From Candidatus Latescibacterota bacterium (GTDB taxonomy: Bacteria > Latescibacterota > UBA2968): a stretch of 64,000 bases of DNA. The stretch is taken from assembly GCA_965222605.1 (NCBI GenBank), contig OZ244960.1:2080001-2144000 (forward strand). Reading direction: 5' to 3'. The notes under the pieces are model-generated. The model was not told the origin of the DNA, ran no database searches, and worked only from the letters and a program-made list of their open reading frames with translations. This document shows positions 40,095 to 49,335 of this stretch, in pieces; within the stretch, counting starts at the first letter, position 1; each line of letters starts with the position of its first letter. The position numbers were made by a program, and so were the translations under genes.

Positions 40095-40183
40095 TACCCT
40101 TTGGTAAGGGCCAGGTGTTGCCAAAGTGTTGCCATTTGCCCCAAATCCAGAAATCATATAGACATAGATGGATGTAAATGGAT

Positions 40184-40690
40184 CTACGTTGCTGCATCAT
40201 CCTCGTCCTCAAATTTGACCAGATTTGCATATTGCCTGAACGACAGGGCTTCAGTATGGTCGTAGGTCTCCCAGGTCATTTTGCTAGATGTGTGACCCAA
40301 AAGCCGCTGGATCACATCAATGGGAACACCCTTTTCTCTGAGATACGTCACGTAGGTGTGCCGGAGGGAATGCAGGCTGTAGTGGTCGGGAAGGCCAGCT
40401 TTGGTCACCATCTTCTTGAACTCATCGGTCACATAGCTCGGATGCCAGGCTTTGCCTTTATCCCGGGCGCCTCTGCTGTTGTTGTCCGTTTTGAAAAGAT
40501 ACTGGCCTCTTTTGATCTCCATCGTCCGCAACACATTGTACAGCGCGTCGTTGATCGGAATTTTTAGCCGGACCGGTCCACCCTTCCGCTTGGTCACCGT
40601 GCTGACCTGATACCGCTTGCCGTCCACGTCCCGGTAGTCTAAAATCCATATGCCGCTTTTGCTGTCGCTCCTCTGTCGTAACCTCGCCAT
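40184..40690 (-). pseudogene. Tyrosine integrase with internal in-frame deletion
   Basis: N-terminal arm-binding-like WILDYRDVDGKRYQVST joined to C-terminal HSLRHTY, LLGH and Tyr; only 168 aa, core-binding domain and first catalytic Arg box absent. Confidence 0.85.
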
Positions 40691-40701
40691 CACTCCTCCG
40701 T

Positions 40702-40899
40702 TCAATCTTTCGTAGCAGAACGGAACCCCTGGTGCATCCAGTCGTCGATCTCCTCTTTTCGAAACCGCACGGATTTCGAACCCGGCATCTTGTAGTGCGG
40801 AATCTTCCCCTGGGAGACCCATTTCCTCACCGTGTTCACCTTGATGCCCAGGTATTCTGCCACATCTTCGGCGCAAAAATATCCTGTCTCAGTAGCCAT
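40702..40899 (-). CDS. Excisionase / HTH_17 DNA-binding protein
   Basis: AEDVAEYLGIKVNTVRKWVSQGKIPHYK...VRFRKEEIDDW; directly upstream of the integrase. Confidence 0.88.
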   Translation of the reverse strand: MATETGYFCAEDVAEYLGIKVNTVRKWVSQGKIPHYKMPGSKSVRFRKEEIDDWMHQGFRSATKD

Positions 40900-41268
40900 C
40901 GTGTGATCCTTGACAGATAACATCTCACTGACATGATCTAACTTGGTCTTGCCATCGCCTTGCGGGTCATAGATGCGATAGTCAATGATCCAAAACCGGT
41001 CTTGTTCGGGATTGACATATACGCAAGTGACCACGCCGATGCCATTGATGACCCCTTTGGCGTTGCCACTATATTGACGGCGCACAAGGGCAATTTTTCG
41101 TGCATGGCGTTTGTCCAAGACCGTATCATCGAAGATCACATAGCCTTGTCGAGTCACTTGTATGTGCGCTTTGACGTGTTCCCAGACCAGGCGCGGGGCA
41201 ATGCGATCACCGGCCAGATACCGATTGATCATATCATGGCTGAAGGCTTCGCTGTGGTCTGCAAAATG

Positions 41269-41293
41269 CCTGTCTGCCATCTGCACAGGCAGG
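41269..41293. repeat. 25-bp palindromic insert CCTGTCTGCCATCTGCACAGGCAGG
   Basis: Removing it restores the reading YTLT-HFADH in the transposase. Confidence 0.8.
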
Positions 41294-41349
41294 CGTCAGC
41301 GTATAGTTGATCGGGCTGCTAAGCAAATACTGACAGTAATCCAGTCGGG

Positions 41350-41379
41350 CCTGCCTGTGCGTGTACGCACGCAGACAGG
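41350..41379. repeat. 30-bp palindromic insert CCTGCCTGTGCGTGTACGCACGCAGACAGG
   Basis: Removing it restores MNKPTRLDYCQY. Confidence 0.8.
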
Positions 41380-41481
41380 TCGGTTTGTTCATCAAAACGC
41401 CTCCTCCTTCAGGTTGTGCGACTATAACTGAAGTTTAAGGAGGGAATACGATTTTGGCTATTCCTTTTTGCGTAAGTCCTG

Positions 41482-41985
41482 ATTTATAACCTTATCCCCA
41501 TAGACAATCTCTTCTCTTCCCATTGGATAAGGTGTTCTTCCTTTCCAATCTCTCGCCCACTTTTTTGCAGACTGTCGAAAAGTCTCCTGGATCAGACGAT
41601 TGATTAAACCCACACCATGCGGTTCATTTCGCACGGGCGATAGGATTTGCCAATCCTCTATCTTGCCACACGCGCCAGGTTTTTCATTCTCCCCAGCCCT
41701 GAAATAGATCCTACCATTGTATTCATGTCCGCCGAGAGATTTTTCAAACGTTTCTGCATCCTCAATGCTATCCAGGCCCAGAACATCCACTAAAACATCC
41801 AATAGCTTCTTACGAAGATCTTCAGCGTTTTCCCATTGAACAAAGCGCAAATGTGCTGAATCGCAGTCTTCTTCAATTCGAGACCAGATTTCATCGGCAC
41901 CAGCATCCAGCACACGCCCACTGAACCATTCTGCCAGAAGCGTATCATCGCGCGACTGGCCAGTTTGAGTACGCTGGCGCATACT
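41482..41985 (-). pseudogene. Internal fragment of a RecD-like SF1 helicase
   Basis: WQILSPVR...GVGLINRLIQ...GDKVIN; cut by the IS701 end. Confidence 0.7.
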
Positions 41986-41987
41986 GG

Positions 41988-42209
41988 ATGTCAGTTCAGC
42001 ATCTCAACCTTGCCCACTTTTACCTCACTGACGGAGCTTCGTGTCGACTGGAGAAGGTTGTCCCTATTCTAATTCAACTCGGTTTGCTGCCATCCGAAGA
42101 ACCAGGCCGAACGTCTGAAGAGGGTGTCTTTAGCAGGCTCTTCGAGGTTGAAACACCTGCTAAAGTGGAAGCCTTCCGACAGGCACTTACAGAGGATCCC
42201 GCTTCATAG
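41988..42209 (+). pseudogene. Short fragment of an unidentified larger protein
   Basis: Protein-like EKVVPIL..GL..SEEPGR..GVFSRLFEVETP segment with no convincing start. Confidence 0.35.
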
Positions 42210-42254
42210 TGCTGGCCGAAGGCGATGATATAGCCATCGGGATCGGGACCCGCG

Positions 42255-43427
42255 CTAATGTGGCAGGTAGTGCTCCGTGAAACTCTCCTTCACGACTTCC
42301 CTTTTGACCAGGTCGTCGATCTTTTCCTGAGAGTATCCGAGCTCAGACAGAATCTCTCTCGTATGTTGACCGAGCCTTGGATTGGGTGTGCACAGCTTCA
42401 GCTTTGCATGTTTGAATTTGGCATACGCCGGCGGGCCCAAATCCACGGCGCTTCCCGAAGGATGATCTGGCATTCTGACAACCGAAATGGACCGACCGTC
42501 ATCCCAGTCGCCCTTCAAGCCCGAAGTGACTTCATGGAGATACGTATCGCGAACGTCATCGAGGCAATCCACTCGATGGCATCCCAGGCCTGCCGCCAGA
42601 AACGCTTCCACCCAGTGTTTCACAGGCTGCTCGGATATCTTTCCCTCCAGGAAGCTTACCCTCTCCGACTCGTCCTCCTCGCCGACTACGGGGACACCCG
42701 TGAGACCCGGGACGGCCGATAGCAAACCGACTTCGGACTTCTTTCCGGCCAGGAACAGCGATCCGTCACTGGCTTGGTAGATTCTGTGCAGGCTGTGTTC
42801 GCCCACGGCATCCTGTCCCTGCGGTTCGTCGCCAGAGGAGGCCTTTTCAGACGAGTATATGAAAGGTGCTTGAACCAGCTGTCCTCCCTGGGCAAGGGAA
42901 GTCTGGACATACGCGCCTCCATTCGATGCGCCACTTCGCTTCAGCCTGAATAGCGCGAGTGCCGATCCCAACGTACCGGAATAGCCGGTAATGTAGTCGA
43001 TACAGGATGCCCAGCCATGGAGGATAGGCCTGTTTCCTTCTCCTGCGTACCGCATCTGAATACCGACAGAACCCTGAACCATCGGGTCGAATCCTGGATA
43101 GTGCATCCAGGGCCCAGGCTTGGGTCCACCCAGCGCGGTCATGTTTGAATAAACGATGTCCGGTTTATCCTTGCTGACCTCATCATACCCGATTCCCATT
43201 CGGTCAGCGACTCCGGTCCGGAAATTGTGCACGATCACATCTGCGGAATGGACCAGGTCTTTGAAAACCTTCAGGCCGTCATTCTCTTTGAGATTCAGAA
43301 GGAGGTGCCTTTTGCCCGGGCTCGCTTCCATCGGAAACCAGCAGAAGATCCGAGGGCCGAACAGCGGGTCCATCGTGTCAATTTTGATGACTTCCGCCCC
43401 ATACTCGGCCATCGAATGAACCTGCAA
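42255..43427 (-). pseudogene. CoA-transferase family III (CaiB/BaiF), N-terminally truncated
   Basis: AEYGAEVIKID, ADVIVHNFR, GFDP, PRLGQHTREILSELG; the preceding VLD..AGP strand is missing. Confidence 0.75.
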
Positions 43428-43491
43428 ATGAAGGCTTCCTAATACTGAAAAAATTTATAAGCATCACTTTCTTTAATTAACAGAGTTTTGC

Positions 43492-43520
43492 TTGACATAT
43501 TGGTTCAGTATATATATATA
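43492..43520 (+). promoter_or_regulatory. Putative sigma70 promoter of the TBDR operon, -10 inside a (TA)6 run
   Basis: TTGACA at 43492-43497 and TATATA 17 bp later, in an AT-rich intergenic region. Confidence 0.45.
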
Positions 43521-43637
43521 GGGATTATGATTATATATAATTAGGGGTTATATCTGCACTAAAAACTAAAATTGATTGTTTAAGACTTCCAAGAGGTCGG
43601 TGTTTCCCAATTAGGGGCTTCTAGAAGGAGGGTGAGT

Positions 43638-46600
43638 ATGAACAGATTTCTCGCAACATTTTTGTCGCTGCTTATTGCGTGTGGTCTGGCAAGCGAAGCT
43701 TTTTCTGCTTCCACCGGAAAGATCTCCGGTAAGGTCGTCGGCACAAATGGCGACCCACTACCCGGTACGAACGTTGTCATTGTAGGCACCACCCAGGGCG
43801 CGTCCACCGATGGGAACGGGGATTACTTCATCCTGAACGTGACGCCGGGGACCTATACCTTGCAGGTGTCGTTGGTGGGGTACACGACGGTGACGCAGTC
43901 GGGTGTTCGTGTGAACATCGACCTGACGACTCCGGTGAACTTCTCTGGCCAGTTCGCGATGGCGGAAGAGGCGCTGGGTCTCGACGAGATCACCGTTATT
44001 GCGGAGCGTCCTGTGGTTCAGGCCGACATATCAGCGAATGTTCAGAATCTGACCGAACAGGAGATCGAGACGCTTCCTATCACGTCAATCACGGAAGCTG
44101 TCGAGCTGCAGGCGGGGGTTCTGACGAACCTATATGGTGACCTTTCCATTCGCGGTTCGGACCTTTCGGAGATTGCCTATACGGTGGATGGCCTGTCGAT
44201 GCGCGACGGTCGTGACAATACTCCAATGTCCACAGTAAGCGTGACGGCGATTCAGGATGTGAAGGTCCAGACGGGCGGGTTCAACGCGGAATACGGGAAT
44301 GTTCGTTCCGGGCTGGTGAACATCGTGACGAAGGAAGGCAGGAAAGACCGGTATTCATTCGATGCGTTCTTGCGGTATAGTCCTCCGCAAGAGGAGTTTT
44401 TCGGTCCGCATCCGAACGATATGAATGACCCCGGATATCTTCTGAAGCCTTTTCTCGATCCGAAGGTTGCCTTTCCTGGCACGCATACGCCGGAGAGCGG
44501 GTGGGACGTCTATTCTCGCCGCAACTATCCGGAGTCAACGGGCTGGAGCAATTTCGCCCTGGACCTCCTTGCTCAGCCGAGCAATCCGTATTATGGCGTC
44601 GGGATCGTAGACGATCCGAATGTCGATGAATCGACGCTCGATCCATCAGAACTCAGAGTGAACAACGACCTGCTGGACATCATGCTTTTCTACTTCCGTA
44701 AGGATTTCACCGTAAAGCCATCGAAACACGACATCGATATAAGCCTTGGCGGTCCTCTGTTGCCTCCGATGATGGGCGCGGATCTGGGCGGCCTTCGGTT
44801 CTTTGGCTCCGTGAAACGGGAACGTCGTCCTTACCTCTCATATTTCCTGATCAATTCGTATATGAACGACTTCTGGCGGATGAAGGTGACGTCGGATGTA
44901 CGGACGAATATCAAGGCTTCTGTCGAGTTCATGATCAACCGGGAATCCGGCTTGCAGCAGAATGAGCGTGGTTTTCCGCAGATCTTCCGGGGCAATGGGG
45001 CCCTGACGACCGTTGGCGACCCAACGGACAGGATTGGGGGCGGCTATTACGAGCCCCTGTATACGGATTCCTACTTCGGCGTCAGCGATCGAGAACGGAT
45101 CAATGTCGGATTCAGCATAACGCATGTGCTGAGCCCGAAGACGTTCTATGAATTCCGCGTTCAGCGGATGCATTCGGCCTTCGACCTGGATGTGCCCGGG
45201 GACAGGGACTTACAGACGGTTGTGAAGCGTTTTCCGAGGAATCCTGATTTTCCAGCTCCCGAGCCGATTCAGCAGGTTGTCGAAGTGACGCAGAACGAAA
45301 TCGGCCTGGCTGAAACCCCGTTTGGTTTTAGTTTGATTAACGAATCGTATAACCGAATGGAATTCGGTCAAGGATGGGCCGAAGCCCGTGACAGCTCGAA
45401 GGTGACGGTGTGGACGACGAAAATCGATATCACGTCGCAGCAGAATCAGGTGGCGCAGTTCAAGGCGGGCTTCGAGTATATCTTCAGCCAGTATCGAATT
45501 GGCCATGGCCATTTTGAGTTTCGCAGGGCGAATAAAACGCCGGGCTACGACTGGGACCGAGACCCGGCCCAGATCGCGGCGTATGTGCAGACGAAGCTTG
45601 AATTCAATGCGATGATCGCGAACCTGGGCCTTCGGTTGGATCACTGGAACGGCCGTGGAGACTGGTGGGTCTATGATGATTGGGCTTCTGCCTTCGGTGC
45701 GAAATTCGGGGAGGCCGAGTTACCGAATGTGCTGGAGCAGGCGCCCATCAAGAAGCAGACCTTTATCAGTCCGCGCCTGGGTGTCTCGTTCCCGATGACT
45801 GCGGACAGCAAGCTGTTCTTCAACTACGGTCATTTCCGTCAGATGCTGGATGCCCGCAATCTGTTTTCGATTTATTCCTCCGACAGTTTCGCCATCATGG
45901 AAATGGGGAATCCGAATCATCCGATGCCTCGCAGCATCAACTACGAGCTTGGTTTCGAGCAGAATCTGTTCGATCGCTATCTTCTGCGGTTGAGCGGGTA
46001 TTACAAGGCGAACGACGAGCAGCCGAATCTCGTGTCGTATACGAACCTGGATCAATCGGTCAATTACTCGTTTTCGGAGCCGTTGAACTATGACGATATT
46101 CGCGGCTTCGAACTGACGATTCGCAAGCGTCGCGGCAAGTGGGTTGGCGGGTTCGTGAACTACACGTTCATGCAGACGAAGGATGGGAATTTCGGCTTTG
46201 GTTCGCGGTTCGAGAACCGGTTGTCGCAAGCTCAGTTCATTCGAGACACGCGTTTTCATTACCAGAACAAGCCTGTGAGCCGTCCGTTCGGGAGTGCGGC
46301 GCTCGAGTTCTACACGCCACGTGACTACGGGACGAAAGTTGCGGGCTTCCATCCTTTGGGGAACTGGGAAGCTGCTTTTCTGGTGAACTGGCGTGCCGGT
46401 CAACACGAGGACTGGTTCGGTCCAGAAGAAGTATCGCTTTCAGGCGTGTCGAACAACGTGCAGTGGAGAGATTTCTGGAATTGGGATCTACGACTGACGA
46501 AGCGATTTGGGAATCTGGCCACGCTGTACATCGATGTTGAGAATCTGTTCAATCAGAAGCGCCTGAACCCGGGATCCTTCGGTGGTCAAGGCTCGTTTGG

Positions 46601-47030
46601 CGACCGGGGCCTCTATATGGCGTCGCTGCACCTGGATCCGGAAAAGGCGTTCGCGGGTCTGACGGATGCTGAGATTCCGTATGGGTTTCCTCCTGGCGAT
46701 GACCGTCCTGGCGATTTCCGAACGGACGATCGGTTCGTGCCGATCGAAATCGTGGGGAAGGCGGCCGATCTGCCTGCCGACGGACTTCCTGGTACTGCAG
46801 AGATCACTCCGGGCCTGCCTACGGGACTGGAGCCGGACCGTCGCCTGCTGTGGTATGTCGCGGACTCAGATACGTATCAGGAGTACCGGAACGGGAGTTG
46901 GGGCGTTGCGGATCCGGGCTTTCTCAAAGAGGTGCTGGACAAGAAGCTGTATATCGACATGCCGAACCCACGTATGGGGCGTTTCCTGTTCCCGCGGAGA
47001 GTGTTTTTCGGCCTCCGTTTCTCCTTGTAA
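43638..47030 (+). CDS. TonB-dependent receptor with N-terminal carboxypeptidase-regulatory-like domain
   Basis: TGKISGKV..PLPGTNV, plug IRGS..YTVDG, GGFNAEYGN..SG, SPRLGVSFP, C-terminal PRRVFFGLRFSL. Confidence 0.93.
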   Translation: MNRFLATFLSLLIACGLASEAFSASTGKISGKVVGTNGDPLPGTNVVIVGTTQGASTDGNGDYFILNVTPGTYTLQVSLVGYTTVTQSGVRVNIDLTTPVNFSGQFAMAEEALGLDEITVIAERPVVQADISANVQNLTEQEIETLPITSITEAVELQAGVLTNLYGDLSIRGSDLSEIAYTVDGLSMRDGRDNTPMSTVSVTAIQDVKVQTGGFNAEYGNVRSGLVNIVTKEGRKDRYSFDAFLRYSPPQEEFFGPHPNDMNDPGYLLKPFLDPKVAFPGTHTPESGWDVYSRRNYPESTGWSNFALDLLAQPSNPYYGVGIVDDPNVDESTLDPSELRVNNDLLDIMLFYFRKDFTVKPSKHDIDISLGGPLLPPMMGADLGGLRFFGSVKRERRPYLSYFLINSYMNDFWRMKVTSDVRTNIKASVEFMINRESGLQQNERGFPQIFRGNGALTTVGDPTDRIGGGYYEPLYTDSYFGVSDRERINVGFSITHVLSPKTFYEFRVQRMHSAFDLDVPGDRDLQTVVKRFPRNPDFPAPEPIQQVVEVTQNEIGLAETPFGFSLINESYNRMEFGQGWAEARDSSKVTVWTTKIDITSQQNQVAQFKAGFEYIFSQYRIGHGHFEFRRANKTPGYDWDRDPAQIAAYVQTKLEFNAMIANLGLRLDHWNGRGDWWVYDDWASAFGAKFGEAELPNVLEQAPIKKQTFISPRLGVSFPMTADSKLFFNYGHFRQMLDARNLFSIYSSDSFAIMEMGNPNHPMPRSINYELGFEQNLFDRYLLRLSGYYKANDEQPNLVSYTNLDQSVNYSFSEPLNYDDIRGFELTIRKRRGKWVGGFVNYTFMQTKDGNFGFGSRFENRLSQAQFIRDTRFHYQNKPVSRPFGSAALEFYTPRDYGTKVAGFHPLGNWEAAFLVNWRAGQHEDWFGPEEVSLSGVSNNVQWRDFWNWDLRLTKRFGNLATLYIDVENLFNQKRLNPGSFGGQGSFGDRGLYMASLHLDPEKAFAGLTDAEIPYGFPPGDDRPGDFRTDDRFVPIEIVGKAADLPADGLPGTAEITPGLPTGLEPDRRLLWYVADSDTYQEYRNGSWGVADPGFLKEVLDKKLYIDMPNPRMGRFLFPRRVFFGLRFSL

Positions 47031-47037
47031 TCAGATC

Positions 47038-47062
47038 GTAGGGGCGAACCTTGTGTTCGCCC
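47038..47062 (+). repeat. GTAG-type REP
   Basis: GTAGGGGCGAACCTTGTGTTCGCCC. Confidence 0.75.
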
Positions 47063-47134
47063 CTTTTCCGCCAGGACGTTTCGAAATCCAGGAATTCGAA
47101 CCGAATGATCAACCGCAACAGCAGGAGGTTCCAG

Positions 47135-49315
47135 ATGAGTAAACCAGTAAGGCGTTCTGGACTGATTGCCTTTGTATTGGCAGCAACCGGCGCACTGTTC
47201 TTTGGACTGCCGGCAGATGTATCGGCACAGGCAGATTTAGTATGGTTGGATGTTGGCGACTTCCACTACTTGTATTCCTCGACAGGGACGGAACCTTCAG
47301 GTATGTTTCGATCTCAGATCAAGTTTTGGCCCGGCATCTACCATCTTGAAGGGGGCACGCACGTTCGGACTCGGATGTATATCGCGGCACGCGATTGGAC
47401 GGATGATACGGGGCAGCTCTGGCCTTTCAAAGCCTCCCGAGCAAGCCCTCGTAACTTCGATCTGGGAGAGCATTTTGGGTACACGATCGAGCTGGTTGGT
47501 AGGTTTCCCAAGCCGGATGTCTTCGTGGATGGCTTCCAGTCGTTTCTTCGTCCGACGGTGCTGACCCGGGTGGATCCGACGATCAAGGCGGACCGGATCG
47601 CAATCAGATCGGCGAACGCGGATATGGGCATTACCTGGCATACCACGATCTATGCCTTTTCGAACGAACATCATGATGATTATCACATCCGTGAGATCAC
47701 GTTTACCAATACCGGGAATGTGGATGAGGATGAAGAGATCGAGTTGCCGGACCAGACCCTGAATGAAGTCATGTTTCATTTTGGGGGCAAGGAGCACTAC
47801 TGGGGTCCCCGTCGTGTGACGAACCAAGGTGGGTCCTCAACGATGTGGGATTATGTGGGGGACGGGAAAGAAGATTACGGTGAGAAGTGGGCCGGAATCC
47901 GAACGATGCTCGGTTGGCTCAGTAACGGTACTCGCGTGACGTTTCTGAACCGCATCGGCGGTCCTACCTGGCGAAGCGTTTCAGGCCCTTCGCGTGCATC
48001 TGGCAGAACTGTGGAAGCCGATACGCTTGGTCGCCTGGGTGCCGCCAACATGATCTTCCACGGCACCCTCCATGCGGATACGAGTCCGTCGGATGAAACC
48101 AACGATATGAATCAGCCCGCGCATACCGGTTGGCTCCGGGGTGGTGATCCGCTCACCAATCCGGACCTCCACAATGAAAGCCAGTACGAACTCACGTATG
48201 CCTACCTGCATCCGGACATGGACTACGCGGAATACGGGAGGCCGGGCATCGATGGGCATGAGTATCCCCATTCTGCGGATCGGGCTGCTCCGGAAGAACC
48301 CGTAGGGCCGTGGGATTCGGAGCAATGGTTAGAACGGATGGGGAATCAGACCGATCTGTCTCTGATTGGGAGCAGCGGCGGTCGCTGTCCGAGTTGGGCC
48401 ACCGGTCCATATACGCTTGGTCCGGGAGAAGATATCAAATATGTCTGGGCGACGGGAATGGCGGGACTCCAACGGGATGTGGCCGTCAGCGTGGGCATCG
48501 ATTACAAAAACTCCGGATGGGATGACGATGCAATCATCGAATATGAAGGTCAGGCGATGACGAAGAATCGCTGGGTCCTGTCGACGCGGGACTCGGTGCT
48601 GTCGAACCTGCGGAAAGCGGAAGCCAACTGGAAGTCGGGCTTCAACATTCCGCATCCTCCGCTGCCGCCGAGCCGGTTCGAAGTTGTGTCTGGATCGGAT
48701 AAGATCGCCCTGTCCTGGGAGGTCTTCCCGAATGCGGATCACACGGGCTTCGAAATCTATCGTACGCGGAACCTGTATGAAAGCAGCGCCGAAGACCTGT
48801 GGAAGTACAGGTTGATTGCAGAACTTCCGGCCAGTGCTCGAAGCTACGACGATACGGAAGTCGTGCGCGGTAGGGATTATTTCTACTATATCCTGTCGAC
48901 CGGCCCTGTGAAGACCGATCCAACAGGGACGTCGCCCCCGACGGCGTTGAAGAGCAGCCGCTATTATACGCAGACCTATGATCCCGCCAACCTGAAGCGT
49001 TCGCCCGGAAGTACGTTGGCTGAAGTTCGGATTGTTCCGAATCCGTTCGTTTTGGAAGCCGATCAGAATATCCGCTGGCCGGACCAACAGGACAAGCTGG
49101 CGTTCTTTGAGATTCCAGGCAACTGTACGATCAAGATTTACAGCGAAGTTGGAGAATTGATACATCAGATTGAACACTCTGATGGCACTGGCGATGAATT
49201 CTGGAACCTGACCACAGAGTCCAATCAGGTGATTACCAGCGGTATCTACTTCGCCGTGATCAGAGATCTGGATTCCAACGAAAAAATCATTCGGAAATTT
49301 GCGATCATTCGATAA
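47135..49315 (+). CDS. Secreted protein with FN3-like domain and T9SS/FlgD-like C-terminal sorting domain
   Basis: Signal peptide; IALSWE..GFEIYR..YDD..YFYY FN3-like; VRIVPNPF..CTIKIYS..GELI..WNL..SGIYF..KFAIIR CTD-like. Confidence 0.8.
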   Translation: MSKPVRRSGLIAFVLAATGALFFGLPADVSAQADLVWLDVGDFHYLYSSTGTEPSGMFRSQIKFWPGIYHLEGGTHVRTRMYIAARDWTDDTGQLWPFKASRASPRNFDLGEHFGYTIELVGRFPKPDVFVDGFQSFLRPTVLTRVDPTIKADRIAIRSANADMGITWHTTIYAFSNEHHDDYHIREITFTNTGNVDEDEEIELPDQTLNEVMFHFGGKEHYWGPRRVTNQGGSSTMWDYVGDGKEDYGEKWAGIRTMLGWLSNGTRVTFLNRIGGPTWRSVSGPSRASGRTVEADTLGRLGAANMIFHGTLHADTSPSDETNDMNQPAHTGWLRGGDPLTNPDLHNESQYELTYAYLHPDMDYAEYGRPGIDGHEYPHSADRAAPEEPVGPWDSEQWLERMGNQTDLSLIGSSGGRCPSWATGPYTLGPGEDIKYVWATGMAGLQRDVAVSVGIDYKNSGWDDDAIIEYEGQAMTKNRWVLSTRDSVLSNLRKAEANWKSGFNIPHPPLPPSRFEVVSGSDKIALSWEVFPNADHTGFEIYRTRNLYESSAEDLWKYRLIAELPASARSYDDTEVVRGRDYFYYILSTGPVKTDPTGTSPPTALKSSRYYTQTYDPANLKRSPGSTLAEVRIVPNPFVLEADQNIRWPDQQDKLAFFEIPGNCTIKIYSEVGELIHQIEHSDGTGDEFWNLTTESNQVITSGIYFAVIRDLDSNEKIIRKFAIIR

Positions 49316-49335
49316 CAGGCCAGGAGAAGATTCCA

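Larger units (their letters stand above)
40915..41481 (-). mobile_element. Truncated IS701-family element (left end + 5' transposase pseudogene, ATG at 41392)
   Basis: End CAGGACTTACGCA; DYCQYLL..INYTLT, SHDMINRYL, IFDDTVLDK, QYSGN..GIGVV, YRIYDP. Confidence 0.85.

Noticed and set aside
39996-40265. 89-aa ORF MLDMQEVTGSSPVSPT
   Set aside because: Translation of the tRNA-Val sequence
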